A stretch of 64,000 nt of DNA, from the IMG/VR virus record IMGVR_UViG_3300027906_004086; one strand, written 5' to 3'. Source of the stretch: an uncultured virus (IMG/VR IMGVR_UViG_3300027906_004086). Its lineage: Duplodnaviria > Heunggongvirae > Uroviricota > Caudoviricetes. A model generated the notes under the pieces. That model ran no database searches, had not been told where the DNA came from, and was given only the letters and a program-made list of their open reading frames with translations. Both the position numbers and the translations under genes were made by a program. Shown here one piece after another: positions 1 through 11,200 of the stretch (positions are counted from its first letter, which is position 1; each line of letters opens with the position of its first letter).

Positions 1-582
1 TTAGTCTCTGAGACCTCTAATGATGATAGCAGGTTTACTACCCATCATGCACCTAAGCGTCCTTTAGAGGTTGATTGCTCTATCCACAATGCCAACATTA
101 AAGGTGAGGCATGGACGATCCTGGTTGGGTTGATCGACGGCCGGCCATACGAGATTATTGGCGGCCTTTCAAAGTTTGTAGAAATTCCAAAGAAATATAA
201 GACTGGAAAAATTGTTAAGCATCCGCGTAAGACAAGGAACTCTGTATACGATTTGCACTTTGGGGAGAACGGCGATGAGGTTTTACTTCGGGATGTTGTG
301 TCATTGTTTGATAACCCAAACCACTCTGCATTTACGAGAACAATTTCCTTAGCCCTTCGTCATGGTGCACCTATTCATTATGTTGTTGAACAATTGCAAA
401 AAGATAGAGATGCTGACCTATTTAGTTTTTCGAAGGTTATTGCAAGGGTACTTAAGAATTATATTGTTGATGGCACAAAACCTGGAAAGACGGTTTGTGA
501 TAATTGCGGCGCCGAAGATACACTGGTATACCAAGAAGGCTGTGTGGCATGTACGTCATGTGGCTCAAGTAAATGTAGTTAA
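1..582 (+). CDS. nrdJ: Class II (B12-dependent) ribonucleotide reductase, C-terminal part (5' truncated by the window)
   Basis: Frame open from base 1 (APKRP...GRPYEI). TSCPD-like segment ISLALRHG and terminal CxxC...QEGCxxCxxCGxSKC zinc ribbon typical of NrdJ C-termini. Confidence 0.85.
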   Translation, partial: LVSETSNDDSRFTTHHAPKRPLEVDCSIHNANIKGEAWTILVGLIDGRPYEIIGGLSKFVEIPKKYKTGKIVKHPRKTRNSVYDLHFGENGDEVLLRDVVSLFDNPNHSAFTRTISLALRHGAPIHYVVEQLQKDRDADLFSFSKVIARVLKNYIVDGTKPGKTVCDNCGAEDTLVYQEGCVACTSCGSSKCS

Positions 583-596
583 ACAAAGGATTTAAA

Positions 597-1199
597 ATGA
601 AGTGGACGACTAAGATCTCTCCCCTGATTAAAGAACTAGAGCTTAGAAAACAACCGGTTATAATCCGGGTGAATAAATTTGATGAAGACTCTGCAAACAA
701 GTTTCAGCTTGAAATTGCACAGGCACACAATACGGGTCAAAAAGTAATTCCAGTTATTATTGATTCATATGGAGGGCAGGTTTATAGTTTAATGACTATG
801 ATCAGTGCAATTAAGAACTCTGAGATTCCTGTGGCAACGATAGTTGAAGGCAAGGCTATGTCATGTGGAGCTGTACTACTTACATTTGGTGAGGATGGAA
901 TGCGCTTTGCTGATCCGGATGCAACTGTCATGATTCATGATGTTAGTAGCGGGGGTTATGGGAAAGTGGAAGAGTTAAAGGCTTCCGCGGAAGAGGCATC
1001 TAGACTAGATGATAAGATATTTACCATGATGGCACGTAACTGTGGCAAAAAAGACGACTTCTTTAAAAAGAAGGTATTTAGTAAAAAGCATGCAGATTGG
1101 TTTCTTGATGCACAGGAAGCTAAAAAGTATGGTATTGTAAACCACCTAAGGGTACCTAAGATCAATATTACGGTAGATGTTGATATAGACTTTGAATAA
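597..1199 (+). CDS. clpP: ClpP-like protease
   Basis: IDSYGG, KAMSCG (Ser), VMIHD (His), DWFLDAQEAKKYGIV. Confidence 0.9.
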   Translation: MKWTTKISPLIKELELRKQPVIIRVNKFDEDSANKFQLEIAQAHNTGQKVIPVIIDSYGGQVYSLMTMISAIKNSEIPVATIVEGKAMSCGAVLLTFGEDGMRFADPDATVMIHDVSSGGYGKVEELKASAEEASRLDDKIFTMMARNCGKKDDFFKKKVFSKKHADWFLDAQEAKKYGIVNHLRVPKINITVDVDIDFE

Positions 1200-1600
1200 T
1201 GGAACTAATAACAACAAAGATTTGTATGACCAAGGATATCGGCATCCATGGTAACCTCTTCGGGGGAAAGATGCTTTCCTGGCTGGATGAGGCAGGTGCG
1301 GCTTATGCATGCCAAATTGCTGATTCATCTAGGCTAGTAACGAAACGCATATCGGAGGTTAACTTCGAGAAACCAGTCAAGACTGGCAGGATTGTAAAAA
1401 TATACGGTCATCCAATCAAAGTTGGTAATACTAGCATCTCTATTTCTTTGGAAGCTAGAAGCCATAACCCATATTCAGGCAAGCAAAAGACTGTTTGCCA
1501 GACACAAATGATATTCGTACAAATAGATGAGGATGGAGAACCTTTACCTCTTAGTAAAAAAGTAAAAGACAAATTTCAACTAGAGAAAAAAAATGGATAA
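1199..1600 (+). CDS. HotDog-fold acyl-CoA thioesterase
   Basis: HGNLFGGKMLSWLDEAG, FEKPV, VGNTSI motifs of YciA-type thioesterases. Confidence 0.9.
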   Translation: MELITTKICMTKDIGIHGNLFGGKMLSWLDEAGAAYACQIADSSRLVTKRISEVNFEKPVKTGRIVKIYGHPIKVGNTSISISLEARSHNPYSGKQKTVCQTQMIFVQIDEDGEPLPLSKKVKDKFQLEKKNG

Positions 1601-2504
1601 GAATTTTTATAATGAAGCTTCTGCTACAAAGCTAGGGTGGGACCCTTCATGGTTCGACGCACAGACTTTTGATGATCACTTAGTTAATCAAATTAAAAAG
1701 TGGCAGCGCAAGCATAAACTTAAAGCGGATGGCCTTTGTGGTCCATCAACATACCGAAGGGTCTGGACCGACAGGGAGTCCAGAATATCTGAGCATCACC
1801 CTCTTAAGATGTGCTTTACGACAATGAATAAGAATATTATCCATAACGGGAACTTTTATCCGATTGAGTGGCCGAAAGTAGTTTTGTGGGATGAGGCTGA
1901 GGGTTTAAAGTGCAACTCAGGCACCTATACTTCCTGGGCCGGTAAAGAGGATCGAAAGCCAACATTCTTTGTCAATCATTGGGATGTGTGCTTATCTGCC
2001 AAAAGTTGTGCTAAGGTTCTAAATAAACGAGGGATTTCCGTACACTTCTGTATAGATAATGACGGAACTATATTTCAGCTACTAGATACGCAACACCGGG
2101 CCTGGCAAGCCGGCGGCTCAATGTGGAATACAAAAAGTATCGGGGTTGAGATTTCAAATGCATATTACACGAAATACCAAGACTGGTATGTTCGTAACGG
2201 CTACGGGGCTCGCCCGGTTGTTAATGACGTTAAGTGTCATGACAGAAAACTAGAAGAGCACCTGGATTTTTACCCCATTCAATTGGAGGCCCTTAAGGCT
2301 CTTTGGGTAGCAATCCATAATGCAACCGGTATCCCATTGGAATGTCCTACAGATTCCAACGGAGACCTTGTCACAGGTGTTGACAAGCGTTGTGAGAAGG
2401 GAGAGTTTAAAGGCTTCATCAATCACTATAATTTAACCCGTAGAAAGATTGATTGTGCCGGTCTAGATGTTGTAGGACTGTTGAAAGAAGCAAAAGATGG
2501 ATAA
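1593..2504 (+). CDS. N-acetylmuramoyl-L-alanine amidase with peptidoglycan-binding domain (endolysin candidate)
   Basis: WQRKHKLKADGLCGPST PG-binding motif; VNHW, SVHFCID, RAWQAG, SIGVEI, INHY, KIDC amidase_2 motifs. Confidence 0.85.
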   Translation: MDKNFYNEASATKLGWDPSWFDAQTFDDHLVNQIKKWQRKHKLKADGLCGPSTYRRVWTDRESRISEHHPLKMCFTTMNKNIIHNGNFYPIEWPKVVLWDEAEGLKCNSGTYTSWAGKEDRKPTFFVNHWDVCLSAKSCAKVLNKRGISVHFCIDNDGTIFQLLDTQHRAWQAGGSMWNTKSIGVEISNAYYTKYQDWYVRNGYGARPVVNDVKCHDRKLEEHLDFYPIQLEALKALWVAIHNATGIPLECPTDSNGDLVTGVDKRCEKGEFKGFINHYNLTRRKIDCAGLDVVGLLKEAKDG

Positions 2505-2904
2505 ACAACTTACAAAAAACTTTAAGCTTTCTGAGTTTAAGTGCCGGGACGGCACACAGGTTCCTGACGAATTAATAGAGAACGTACAACTTCTTGCTGA
2601 GAACCTGCAAGTACTAAGAGATAAAATAGATAGACCGATTACTGTAATTAGCGGATATAGATCTCCAAAATATAATAGAAAAATTGGTGGCGCAAGAAAA
2701 AGCCAGCATATGAAAGCAAGCGCCGGTGACATTATTGTGCGGGGCATGAAGCCTGATGATGTTCGCGCTGAGATCTTAGCCTTGATTAAAGAAGGTAAAA
2801 TGGTAAAGGGTGGTGTCGGTAGGTACACTACTTTCACGCATTATGACACACGAGGTTGGAACGCAAGGTGGTCTGGCAGCGGTATTAAAGACGACAGGAA
2901 ATAG
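2497..2904 (+). CDS. Peptidase M15A (D-Ala-D-Ala peptidase/endolysin)
   Basis: NFKLSEFKC, SGYRSPKYN, SQHMKASAGDI, FTHYDTRG. Confidence 0.92.
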   Translation: MDKQLTKNFKLSEFKCRDGTQVPDELIENVQLLAENLQVLRDKIDRPITVISGYRSPKYNRKIGGARKSQHMKASAGDIIVRGMKPDDVRAEILALIKEGKMVKGGVGRYTTFTHYDTRGWNARWSGSGIKDDRK

Positions 2905-2908
2905 AGAA

Positions 2909-3610
2909 ATGACGCGCAGTATTGACTTATATGATGATGGGATTGGGAAGGTTGAGTATGTCGAGCACATGGGATCTGATCTCACCATAGTTAATAGTGC
3001 ACGTGTTTCTTTCGGTAAACAAAAGGAATCACTAGATGAAAAAGATGAGAAGCTCATTAAATACCTCATCAAGCATAGGCACACTTCGACTTTGGAACAC
3101 AATATTGTTACTTTCCGGTTTTGCGTTCCTTTGTTCATACGCTCTCAGCACCATCGTCATAGAACATGGTCTTATAATGAAATTAGTAGAAGGTATACTG
3201 ATGTAGATCTAAAGTTTTATGAACCTTTAGCGTTTAGGACTCAACATAAAACTAATAGGCAGGCTAGCAATACTGAGGAATTAATTAATCCGGATATGTC
3301 ACAAGGCACTAACACAGACCTTCGAGCTACGGACATGGTGGCTAGCCACCATAAACAGTCACTGTTTGTTTATAATAGGCTTCTAGATGAAGGAATATGT
3401 CGAGAGCAAGCGCGGGGTATTTTGCCTCAAAATTTGTATACCGAGTATTATGGAACATGCAATCTTAATAATCTAATTAAGTTTATTGAGCTGCGTACCC
3501 ACGATGGCGCACAACAAGAGATTCAATTAGTTGCCAAAGCTTGTCTTGATATTGCACAAGATCTTTGGCCAAAAACCGTGGCTGCATATAAAGAAGTCAG
3601 AGGATTGTAG
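2909..3610 (+). CDS. thyX: FAD-dependent thymidylate synthase
   Basis: NSARVS, RHRTWSYNEISRRY (RHRx7S), REQARGILP, AQQEI. Start set at ATG 2909, after the upstream stop. Confidence 0.95.
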   Translation: MTRSIDLYDDGIGKVEYVEHMGSDLTIVNSARVSFGKQKESLDEKDEKLIKYLIKHRHTSTLEHNIVTFRFCVPLFIRSQHHRHRTWSYNEISRRYTDVDLKFYEPLAFRTQHKTNRQASNTEELINPDMSQGTNTDLRATDMVASHHKQSLFVYNRLLDEGICREQARGILPQNLYTEYYGTCNLNNLIKFIELRTHDGAQQEIQLVAKACLDIAQDLWPKTVAAYKEVRGL

Positions 3611-3618
3611 GAGCTGTT

Positions 3619-4590
3619 ATGTCTGGACATGTAGTTATAGATGATCATGATGATCTAATTGATGTTGGTAGCTTAAGGCATGCCGAGCTTGATAAAATTA
3701 TCCTAGAAGGAATAATTCCTACATTAGCTGAAGGGATATCTCCACCAGCGTTATCTCAAGAACGCACCGTCGGGATTCCCTTGTTACCGGCAGATAATAA
3801 TTTTGTAGGTACAAACTCTTTTCAAACCGTTAACATTCAAGGTGACTTAAATGTGTATGGCACCAGAAATGAAATTTCAGTATCGAATCTAGAGATAGAG
3901 AATACAGTTATAACCTTGGGCTATGGTACCGGTGGCGAACTTCCAGCATCTGACAGGGGAGTCATATTTACTGCAGATGGCCCTAACCCTTCCCTTTATT
4001 GGGATCATAGTAATTCAGAGTTTCGTTTGGGCCTATTAGACGTAGCACCTACGGTAACGGAATTTCCAGAGCCTGACTCAACTGGTCATGGTGGTTATGC
4101 TAGCCTTCGAGCTGGTGACATTAATGTTAATACAGTATCGTCCGCAACCAGTAATACACAGGCACTAAATGTAGATAATGTGAATATTTCAACGAGTGTT
4201 ACAGCTCCTTCTGCTGTTTTTGATGTGGGTACTATAAAGGCCGGCCAGCTTTTAGTTCCGGACGGGACCCAAACTTATCTATCCCGTTATATAAAGGCCG
4301 GCTCTGGAGTAGAGATTCTTGAGGATCCTTTAGATCCTGGAGCTTTAATTGCAAGTGTCAAAAGACAAAAGGAATCAAAGTCCCCGGGCCAGTTTCTTGC
4401 CGCAAACACACTATTTCAGAGTAATATTATTTCGGCCTCAAACGATCACAATAATGAAAATTTAGATGTGTATGTAAATGGAGTGCTGGTTTCTCAAGGT
4501 AATAATTTTGACTATGTCCTAGATTCAAATGGCGTAAGGTTTCATTTTGCCTTAGAGCCTGATGATACAATTACGATTATATCTTATTAG
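3619..4590 (+). CDS. Putative virion fibre/appendage protein
   Basis: IQGDLNVYG and DRGVIF...LYWDHS segments; C-terminal VYVNG...DY...DD domain shared with the two large downstream ORFs. Confidence 0.6.
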   Translation: MSGHVVIDDHDDLIDVGSLRHAELDKIILEGIIPTLAEGISPPALSQERTVGIPLLPADNNFVGTNSFQTVNIQGDLNVYGTRNEISVSNLEIENTVITLGYGTGGELPASDRGVIFTADGPNPSLYWDHSNSEFRLGLLDVAPTVTEFPEPDSTGHGGYASLRAGDINVNTVSSATSNTQALNVDNVNISTSVTAPSAVFDVGTIKAGQLLVPDGTQTYLSRYIKAGSGVEILEDPLDPGALIASVKRQKESKSPGQFLAANTLFQSNIISASNDHNNENLDVYVNGVLVSQGNNFDYVLDSNGVRFHFALEPDDTITIISY

Positions 4591-4685
4591 TCGTTTGATG
4601 CACAGGCTGTGGCAAGATACTCTACAACGCAATACTTATGTAACGTAAGCAATTTTTATTTAAACACTTTAGAAGGGGTTTAGCT

Positions 4686-4925
4686 TTGACGGTTTCTTCA
4701 ACAAATAAGACGTATGTAACGTCAGACATCGCCATCGCCGCTTATCTCCAGACTCATGGTTTTAAGTTGGTTGATTGTAAACGCTTAAGCGACGGCCGTT
4801 TTTACTTTGAGTTTGACGACCCATCCGACGAGTGCCGCAGGAAATCTGTGGAGTTCTTATCTTCCGAATGTTGCCAATTTGACAACAACGTGAGAAATTT
4901 GAAAAAAATTCTGTATAAATCGTAA
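4686..4925 (+). CDS. Small DUF5659-like protein
   Basis: TSDIAIAAYL...GFKL...FYFEF pattern recognised from memory; TTG start after AAGGGG. Confidence 0.6.
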   Translation: MTVSSTNKTYVTSDIAIAAYLQTHGFKLVDCKRLSDGRFYFEFDDPSDECRRKSVEFLSSECCQFDNNVRNLKKILYKS

Positions 4926-5297
4926 TGAGCTGAATACTTATTATCGACGTACGCTATTCGTCGGTTCAAACATGTTCGTTTTGAGCGTCATACGCTCACC
5001 AAGTTAAGACAGTCAAAGTTAGTTTTCTTGTAGTTTTAAGAAACAAAGCTTTAGGCTGTTTTTGTGTATTTGGTGGTTAGCGATTATAATAGTTTATCAA
5101 CAAAATTTTTTGGCAAAGTTAAGGTTTACACGAATCCTTCGACATACTTATAGCTGTTGACGAATTCATAGGTTGTACGGCCTAATTTTTCTAAAGTTTA
5201 AATCAGTTTTTTGTTCCTGTTAATGTAAATAATGACAGCGCGCACTGATGCTAGTACTTAGGTATTATAGCATATTTGTGCAATAAGGAGCAATTAT

Positions 5298-8200
5298 ATG
5301 TCAATAGCACTATCAGAAGGCTTGATCTCATCATACAGTTTTGATACCGACGCGTCTGATTCAACAGGCACAAATCACGGGGCAAACTCCTCACCGGCCC
5401 CTAGCTATATTTCATCCGTTGGGCGCGATGTTGTTTCTTTTGACGGCATCATGCAGAATATCACTTTTCCTGGTACAAGCGATTTTAGTTTTACCACAGG
5501 AGACTTTGCATTATCACTATGGATTAACCCAGGCGACAACACTCAAACACAAACCATTGGCAGAGTTGTTATAGGTAACCACCAAACAATCTCAGGAACT
5601 CACTGGGCCGGCTGGAGTATTAGACACTCGCCGTCGTATCCGAGCCCTGCAGTTAATAACAGGTATACATTTCATACGTTTGCTTGGCCTGATCATTATA
5701 ATACAACATTTACCTTATTACCTAACCAATGGCAACATTTAGCGATTAATAGATCTGGCACAGTAATTGAAGTCTATGTCAACGGGGTACTAGCCTCGAC
5801 TGGTACATGCGCTTCAAACTTTGCGTATAACCAGTTTTCCGGTGATGATCTCAAGATAGGTATCGGGCCTCCCAACGGATCAGCCTGGAAGGGGATGATT
5901 GACGATCTAAAGGTGTGGAATCGTACATTAAGTGCATCCAATCTAGCAGAGTTAAACCCCACACCATCGCAGCTTCTCTCCCACCAATACTTACTTCATG
6001 CAGATGTTCAAGACAGCTTTGCCGTTGGTATTGCAAATTTAGATGGCACTAACCAGACGGATATACAATTTGTTTGGGATGCTGATATAGAGTCCATGGT
6101 GGCCAACTTTCAAGGCACCAGTTCTGGTACTGCATATTTTCAAATTAGTAACACTCTTGCAAATTCTTTTGGTACAGGCACTGACGGAACACAGGCAGAT
6201 ACAGGAGCTTATTCATTAGGTTTCTGGATTAGGCCAACCAGCCTTCCTTCACCGAGTGGCCAACATTATATAATCACTGACCACTCCCATGGTGTTGGTG
6301 GCGAATCATTTCAATGCTGGCTAGACGATCAAGGTGACATATACCTTCAACACAAAGATCAAAATGGTGGTCACACTACATGGTCTTGGGATACAAACAC
6401 GCCACTTAACCAGTGGTCACATATACTATTTACATGGGATGACCAGAACGGCACATGCTATTTAAATGGAAATACGTTAGGTTCAAAAGTTATGACTGCC
6501 CCTCCATGGGACAGCCCGAACCCTCTATTTGTTGGTTATCGAAACCAAGGAGGCGGAGATAATCATTATGGGTTTGAAGGGTATATGACTAACCTAGATA
6601 TATGGTTAGACCAAGTATTATCACCTTCGCAAGTTTCAGCAGTTTATAGTTCGGTTCAAAAACAAACAAACACAGGAGAAAACAACATGAGTTTTTCAAC
6701 AGCAAATAAGGTCAGGTACCTTTTTGAAGAATCATTAGCATCATCCGATTCTGGCAGCACCGGTGCCGTTACGCTAACTGGGGCGGAGAATTATATAGAT
6801 GTAGTCGATGATCGTCAACTTGGTGCTAAGGCCCTAACATCCCCCGATGGCGGGTGGGCAACTCTTCCTAGCGATATGAGTCAGCTAAATTCCACAGAAG
6901 GTTATACAATATCCTTTTGGGCTAAGGCTGATCAGTATCAATCTGGGCAGAGTACACCCTATGCGATGGAGGGAATGTTTCTATCAAGTGGCGGTGCCAG
7001 TTCGCCATACAACTTTTCATTCCACAACAGCGCTGGTACATTTCTAGACTGGGGCATGGGCGCCTCAAATGGTGAAGGCCGTCTACAATCATGGACAGCA
7101 GAAATCACCAACGCGTGGAAGCATTTTGCAATTGTCGTCAAGAAGGGTGATGCCGCATACGGTCAGGCAAACCAATCCGGCGATGATGCACTAATGAGGA
7201 TCTACGTGAATGGTGGCCTCGTTGCTTCACAATCCCCGAAGTCAGGTTCTACCTACTTGGCTTTCGATCCACAAACTGCAGATCTTTCCGGCTGGAATAT
7301 CGGTCGCGGCTTCCAGGGTGATATCGACGCTTTTGAAGTATATGATGCTCCAGCAACATCTGCTGACGTTCTTTCACTTTACTCTGCAGTCTTAGAAGTA
7401 AGAACAGACGTACAGATTACTAATGTCCAGGCCGGATCTTCAGCCGGTTCCGTTCAATTCGACGTAGGCTCAACGCAACACCCTGTTGCTACACTGCCTT
7501 TTGCGGTTGCAGTAATAAAGGATGACGGTCAATTATTGTATAACGGTATGGATCCTTTGGCATTTATGTCAATGGGCTCATCCGGACCTGCCTTCGACCC
7601 GCTGGGCACCGCGAATAGCTATCCCCCTGTCACTGCCACTCAATATCTGTACTCCAACAACAAATGGGGTGGAAGCAACGGCGCAGACATCGATCTAGAG
7701 AATGATTCTTATTCCCTCTATTGGACGGATGACCAGAATTTTATAAATGCTGGTATGTCGATGAGTACCTTAGACCCAAGCTTTACGGCTGCTGATGGTA
7801 CATTATTAGGGAGTATTACATGGGATGGTTCCAGCTTTAGTTTTAGTGCCTCAGGCGCTAGTCCTTATGCCGGTTTAGTCGCTGGTGATTATCCGCTGGA
7901 AGATATTATGGATGCATTGCATCTTGATAACGATGGTTCATACCTCGATAAAGTATCGCTTACTCAGATCAAGTCTAGGCTTGCTTCTGGTGATCAGTAT
8001 GGATATCGCCCTCGTCATGTTGAGACATCATTACTTGCTGAAGAGTTTATCAAAGACTTAAAGTCGATGACAATCCTTGCTGCAAAAAATGCTAATCACA
8101 TTTCGGTTGCTGAGTATGATCTGATGGTATTAGCTTCACCTGCCGGCTTCGGGTATGATCATGGTACCCACCCAGGTGCATCTATTGCTCCAGGAACTAA

Positions 8201-11200
8201 CGGCTATGATAGCTCTAAAGACCCAGCAGTTGCAAAGGTACCTGAAGTACCAATGGTCATGATGCTTGATTCTTATCGTTCACAGCTATCAAGATTACTT
8301 GACAGGGATGAAACAATCCGTTGGGACTCCGCGCCACATACCGCAATCATGGTCGCAAAGAGTAGCCAAAACATTACTGCCGGTCATACAGGCGGTCTTT
8401 TGGTATCCGCTGGTGATCTTAAAGTTACATCAAAGTTGGTGGTAGCTGCTGCCTTACAAATTGGTGGTGACTTGGACATTGCTTCAATCTCTTGGGATGA
8501 TGCTTTAGCTGGTGGTTTAGTAACTCAGGTTCAATATGACGCAGAGGTTCCAGCTAATGGAGACGGGACCCACCCTCATGCTGATCTAATACACCTTAAA
8601 GTAGATTCAGATTTTACAGGTGCCGGTGACTTAGAGGTATTGGAAACAACTACATTCGGTGATGCACAGGCTAATAAGAGCCCTTCTGATCTCGCGGCTG
8701 ATCTTGTTGATATGAATAGTACACTTGAGGTTGTGACAACTTCTGAGTTGCATAAAGATGTACACGCTCACTCAACAATGCAAGTCCAAGATACAGCTGG
8801 CGCTTACGCAGCCTCTAACGCATATGCAACCAATATTACCGGTGATGTTCAAATTGGCCTAACTGCTGCTCCAACTAATGCATTACATCTAGATGTTAAT
8901 GCTGCAACTGGGGATAACCTATTAGATAGTAAGGCAACCTTTGATGAAGATCTCCAGGTTGAGGGTTTACTTAACGTTGATGGTGCAGCCGCATTTGACG
9001 GTGCAACTTTTACTACCTTTGATGTTCTTGCTAGTGACAGGGTGACTTTCGATTCTGCTGATGCAGACTCTGGATCAACCCCTTCAATATCAATTAAGGC
9101 AGAAGCAACTGGTGGTACTGGCGGTACTGTTAAGTTTGAAACGACGGATTCTTCGAAGAAAATCCATCTTTCAAGTGCTGGTGTAGGTGCTAAAACATTA
9201 ATTACAGGTGCAGTTGATATAACTGACGAACTTGATGTTGGTGGTGCAGCGCAACTTGGGGATGTAGGCGCCGCAAAGTCTGACTCAGACCTTGCAGCTG
9301 ATCTTGTTGATATTAATGCAAACCTGACTGTTGCTGGCTTAACCCAGATGGATGAAAAGGTTGATGCAGACAGCACTTTAAGTGCTGCTGGCAAGGTAAC
9401 TATTAAGGATAGTAGCTCAACTGGCTCTGTTTTAGATGGTGATCTTACTGTAGGTGCAGACGCTGCTGCAGCCAAGTCCGATATGGGCGCAGCTGTTACG
9501 GCTGGTGCTGATGCAATCGCTGGCTTGTCGCAAACAAAGGTCATGAGTGATATTAAGGTTGGTGATCTTGGCTCAGAGGTTGCAATCACAATCAATGATG
9601 CTCCTGGATCTTCTAGTACATACCATGATTCTAGAACAATTGAGGATGGTGTTTCATTAAACGCTAGCGGTTTAGCCGTTATCCGTTCAAATGACGTTTC
9701 AAACCCTGATGCGGATGATATTGATGTTCACATCTGGGCCTCCGATGCCGCTGGCTCCATTTACTTAAAGGGGCACCAGGGTATTGAGGTCATCGGTGAC
9801 TTAAACGCTGGCTCCGGAGCTGATATCAAGTTTGATGATCAGGTTGACATCAAGGGTAATCTTACCATTGAAGTTGATCAGAACAGCGCTGGTCCAGCAA
9901 TGAAGATGGTTTCTGGTGGTACTAATAAGATGACAATGACAGTAAACACTTCAGGTGCTGCACCTAAGGTAGATACAGTTATTAATAATACTGTTACCGC
10001 AGGTATTCCTCAAGGTGGACAACTTAGCATCGATGGTAGCCTTACGGTTACTGGAGCTTTACTCACTCCATCGCCTCAACTAAACATTCAGGCGCAGACA
10101 GAAGTAAAGATCAGCGATAATATTTTCGAGCTTTCATATGAAAGTGAGTTCTTAAGTTTCGCAGATGCAATTGCATTCCAGTCAACACACAATGCTTTTT
10201 CTATCGCACAGATTGAAGCTGCTGCAGTAGCTGCATCGGATTCCGACGCAACACTATACGCAGAATTAACTGACGCTGAGAAGGCACAGTCTACTGGGGG
10301 CACTGCCGTTGAGGTCCGACGTGATTCTAACGCAGGGTTATATGTACCAAGAACAGCAGTTAATCCGGATGGTCTATCATTCTGGTTGCAGAGTTCTGGT
10401 GATTCCCATGCATCTGATAGCGACTTTATGGATAGGGTTATTAACCAAGGCTCTAGGGCAATGGTGGTATCACCTAACAATGCCAACCCAACAGACATCA
10501 ACGATGATACTGTTATGAGCATTGTACGAGATGGCGCCGGATACTTGGACGGCCAGGCTGGTAGTACTTATCTAGATGGTAGCCTTGTTCAAGCTCTTCC
10601 AGTAACCCCTCTTTGGTGGCAGGCTTTGCTAAGAGCAAGTCGCCTTTCCAGCTCTGAGTATACTAAGATGCAGGCTACGTGGAATGATGCTCAACTTATG
10701 CTTGATCCAAATTGGGTTGCCATGAGTGAGGCAGAGATTAGAGCGAACGTTCTTTTCTTGGCTGGGCAAACGTCTACAACTCCTGCTCGTGATGAGACTC
10801 CAACGATGGGCCTACAATATACGGGGCCAATGTTCCATGCACTTCAAGAGAAGTTTGCTGTCTTAGATAACACAGTGTTCCAATTGATGTTTGCAGAAAA
10901 GGACATTGATGGTTCTGGTAAGCTAAGTATCCAGAACTCTGGTGCAAAGAGCGGCTCAAGGCATATCTTCGGTACCGCACCATCGCTAGTCGTTGGTGGT
11001 AATGGTGGTGTTGATAAGTCTGAGTTTGGAAGTACACTTGATATGGGTACTGATTCTAGTAAGGCCGACCTCATGGTTTTCAAAGCTCATGCTGGCGCGC
11101 CTGTTGCTCAGAACATTCAACTGGATAGCCAAGATGCTCTTGTCTTCACACAACCTGCAGGTCAACTAAGGCCAGGACACGCTTCTGGTCAAGGTATGTT

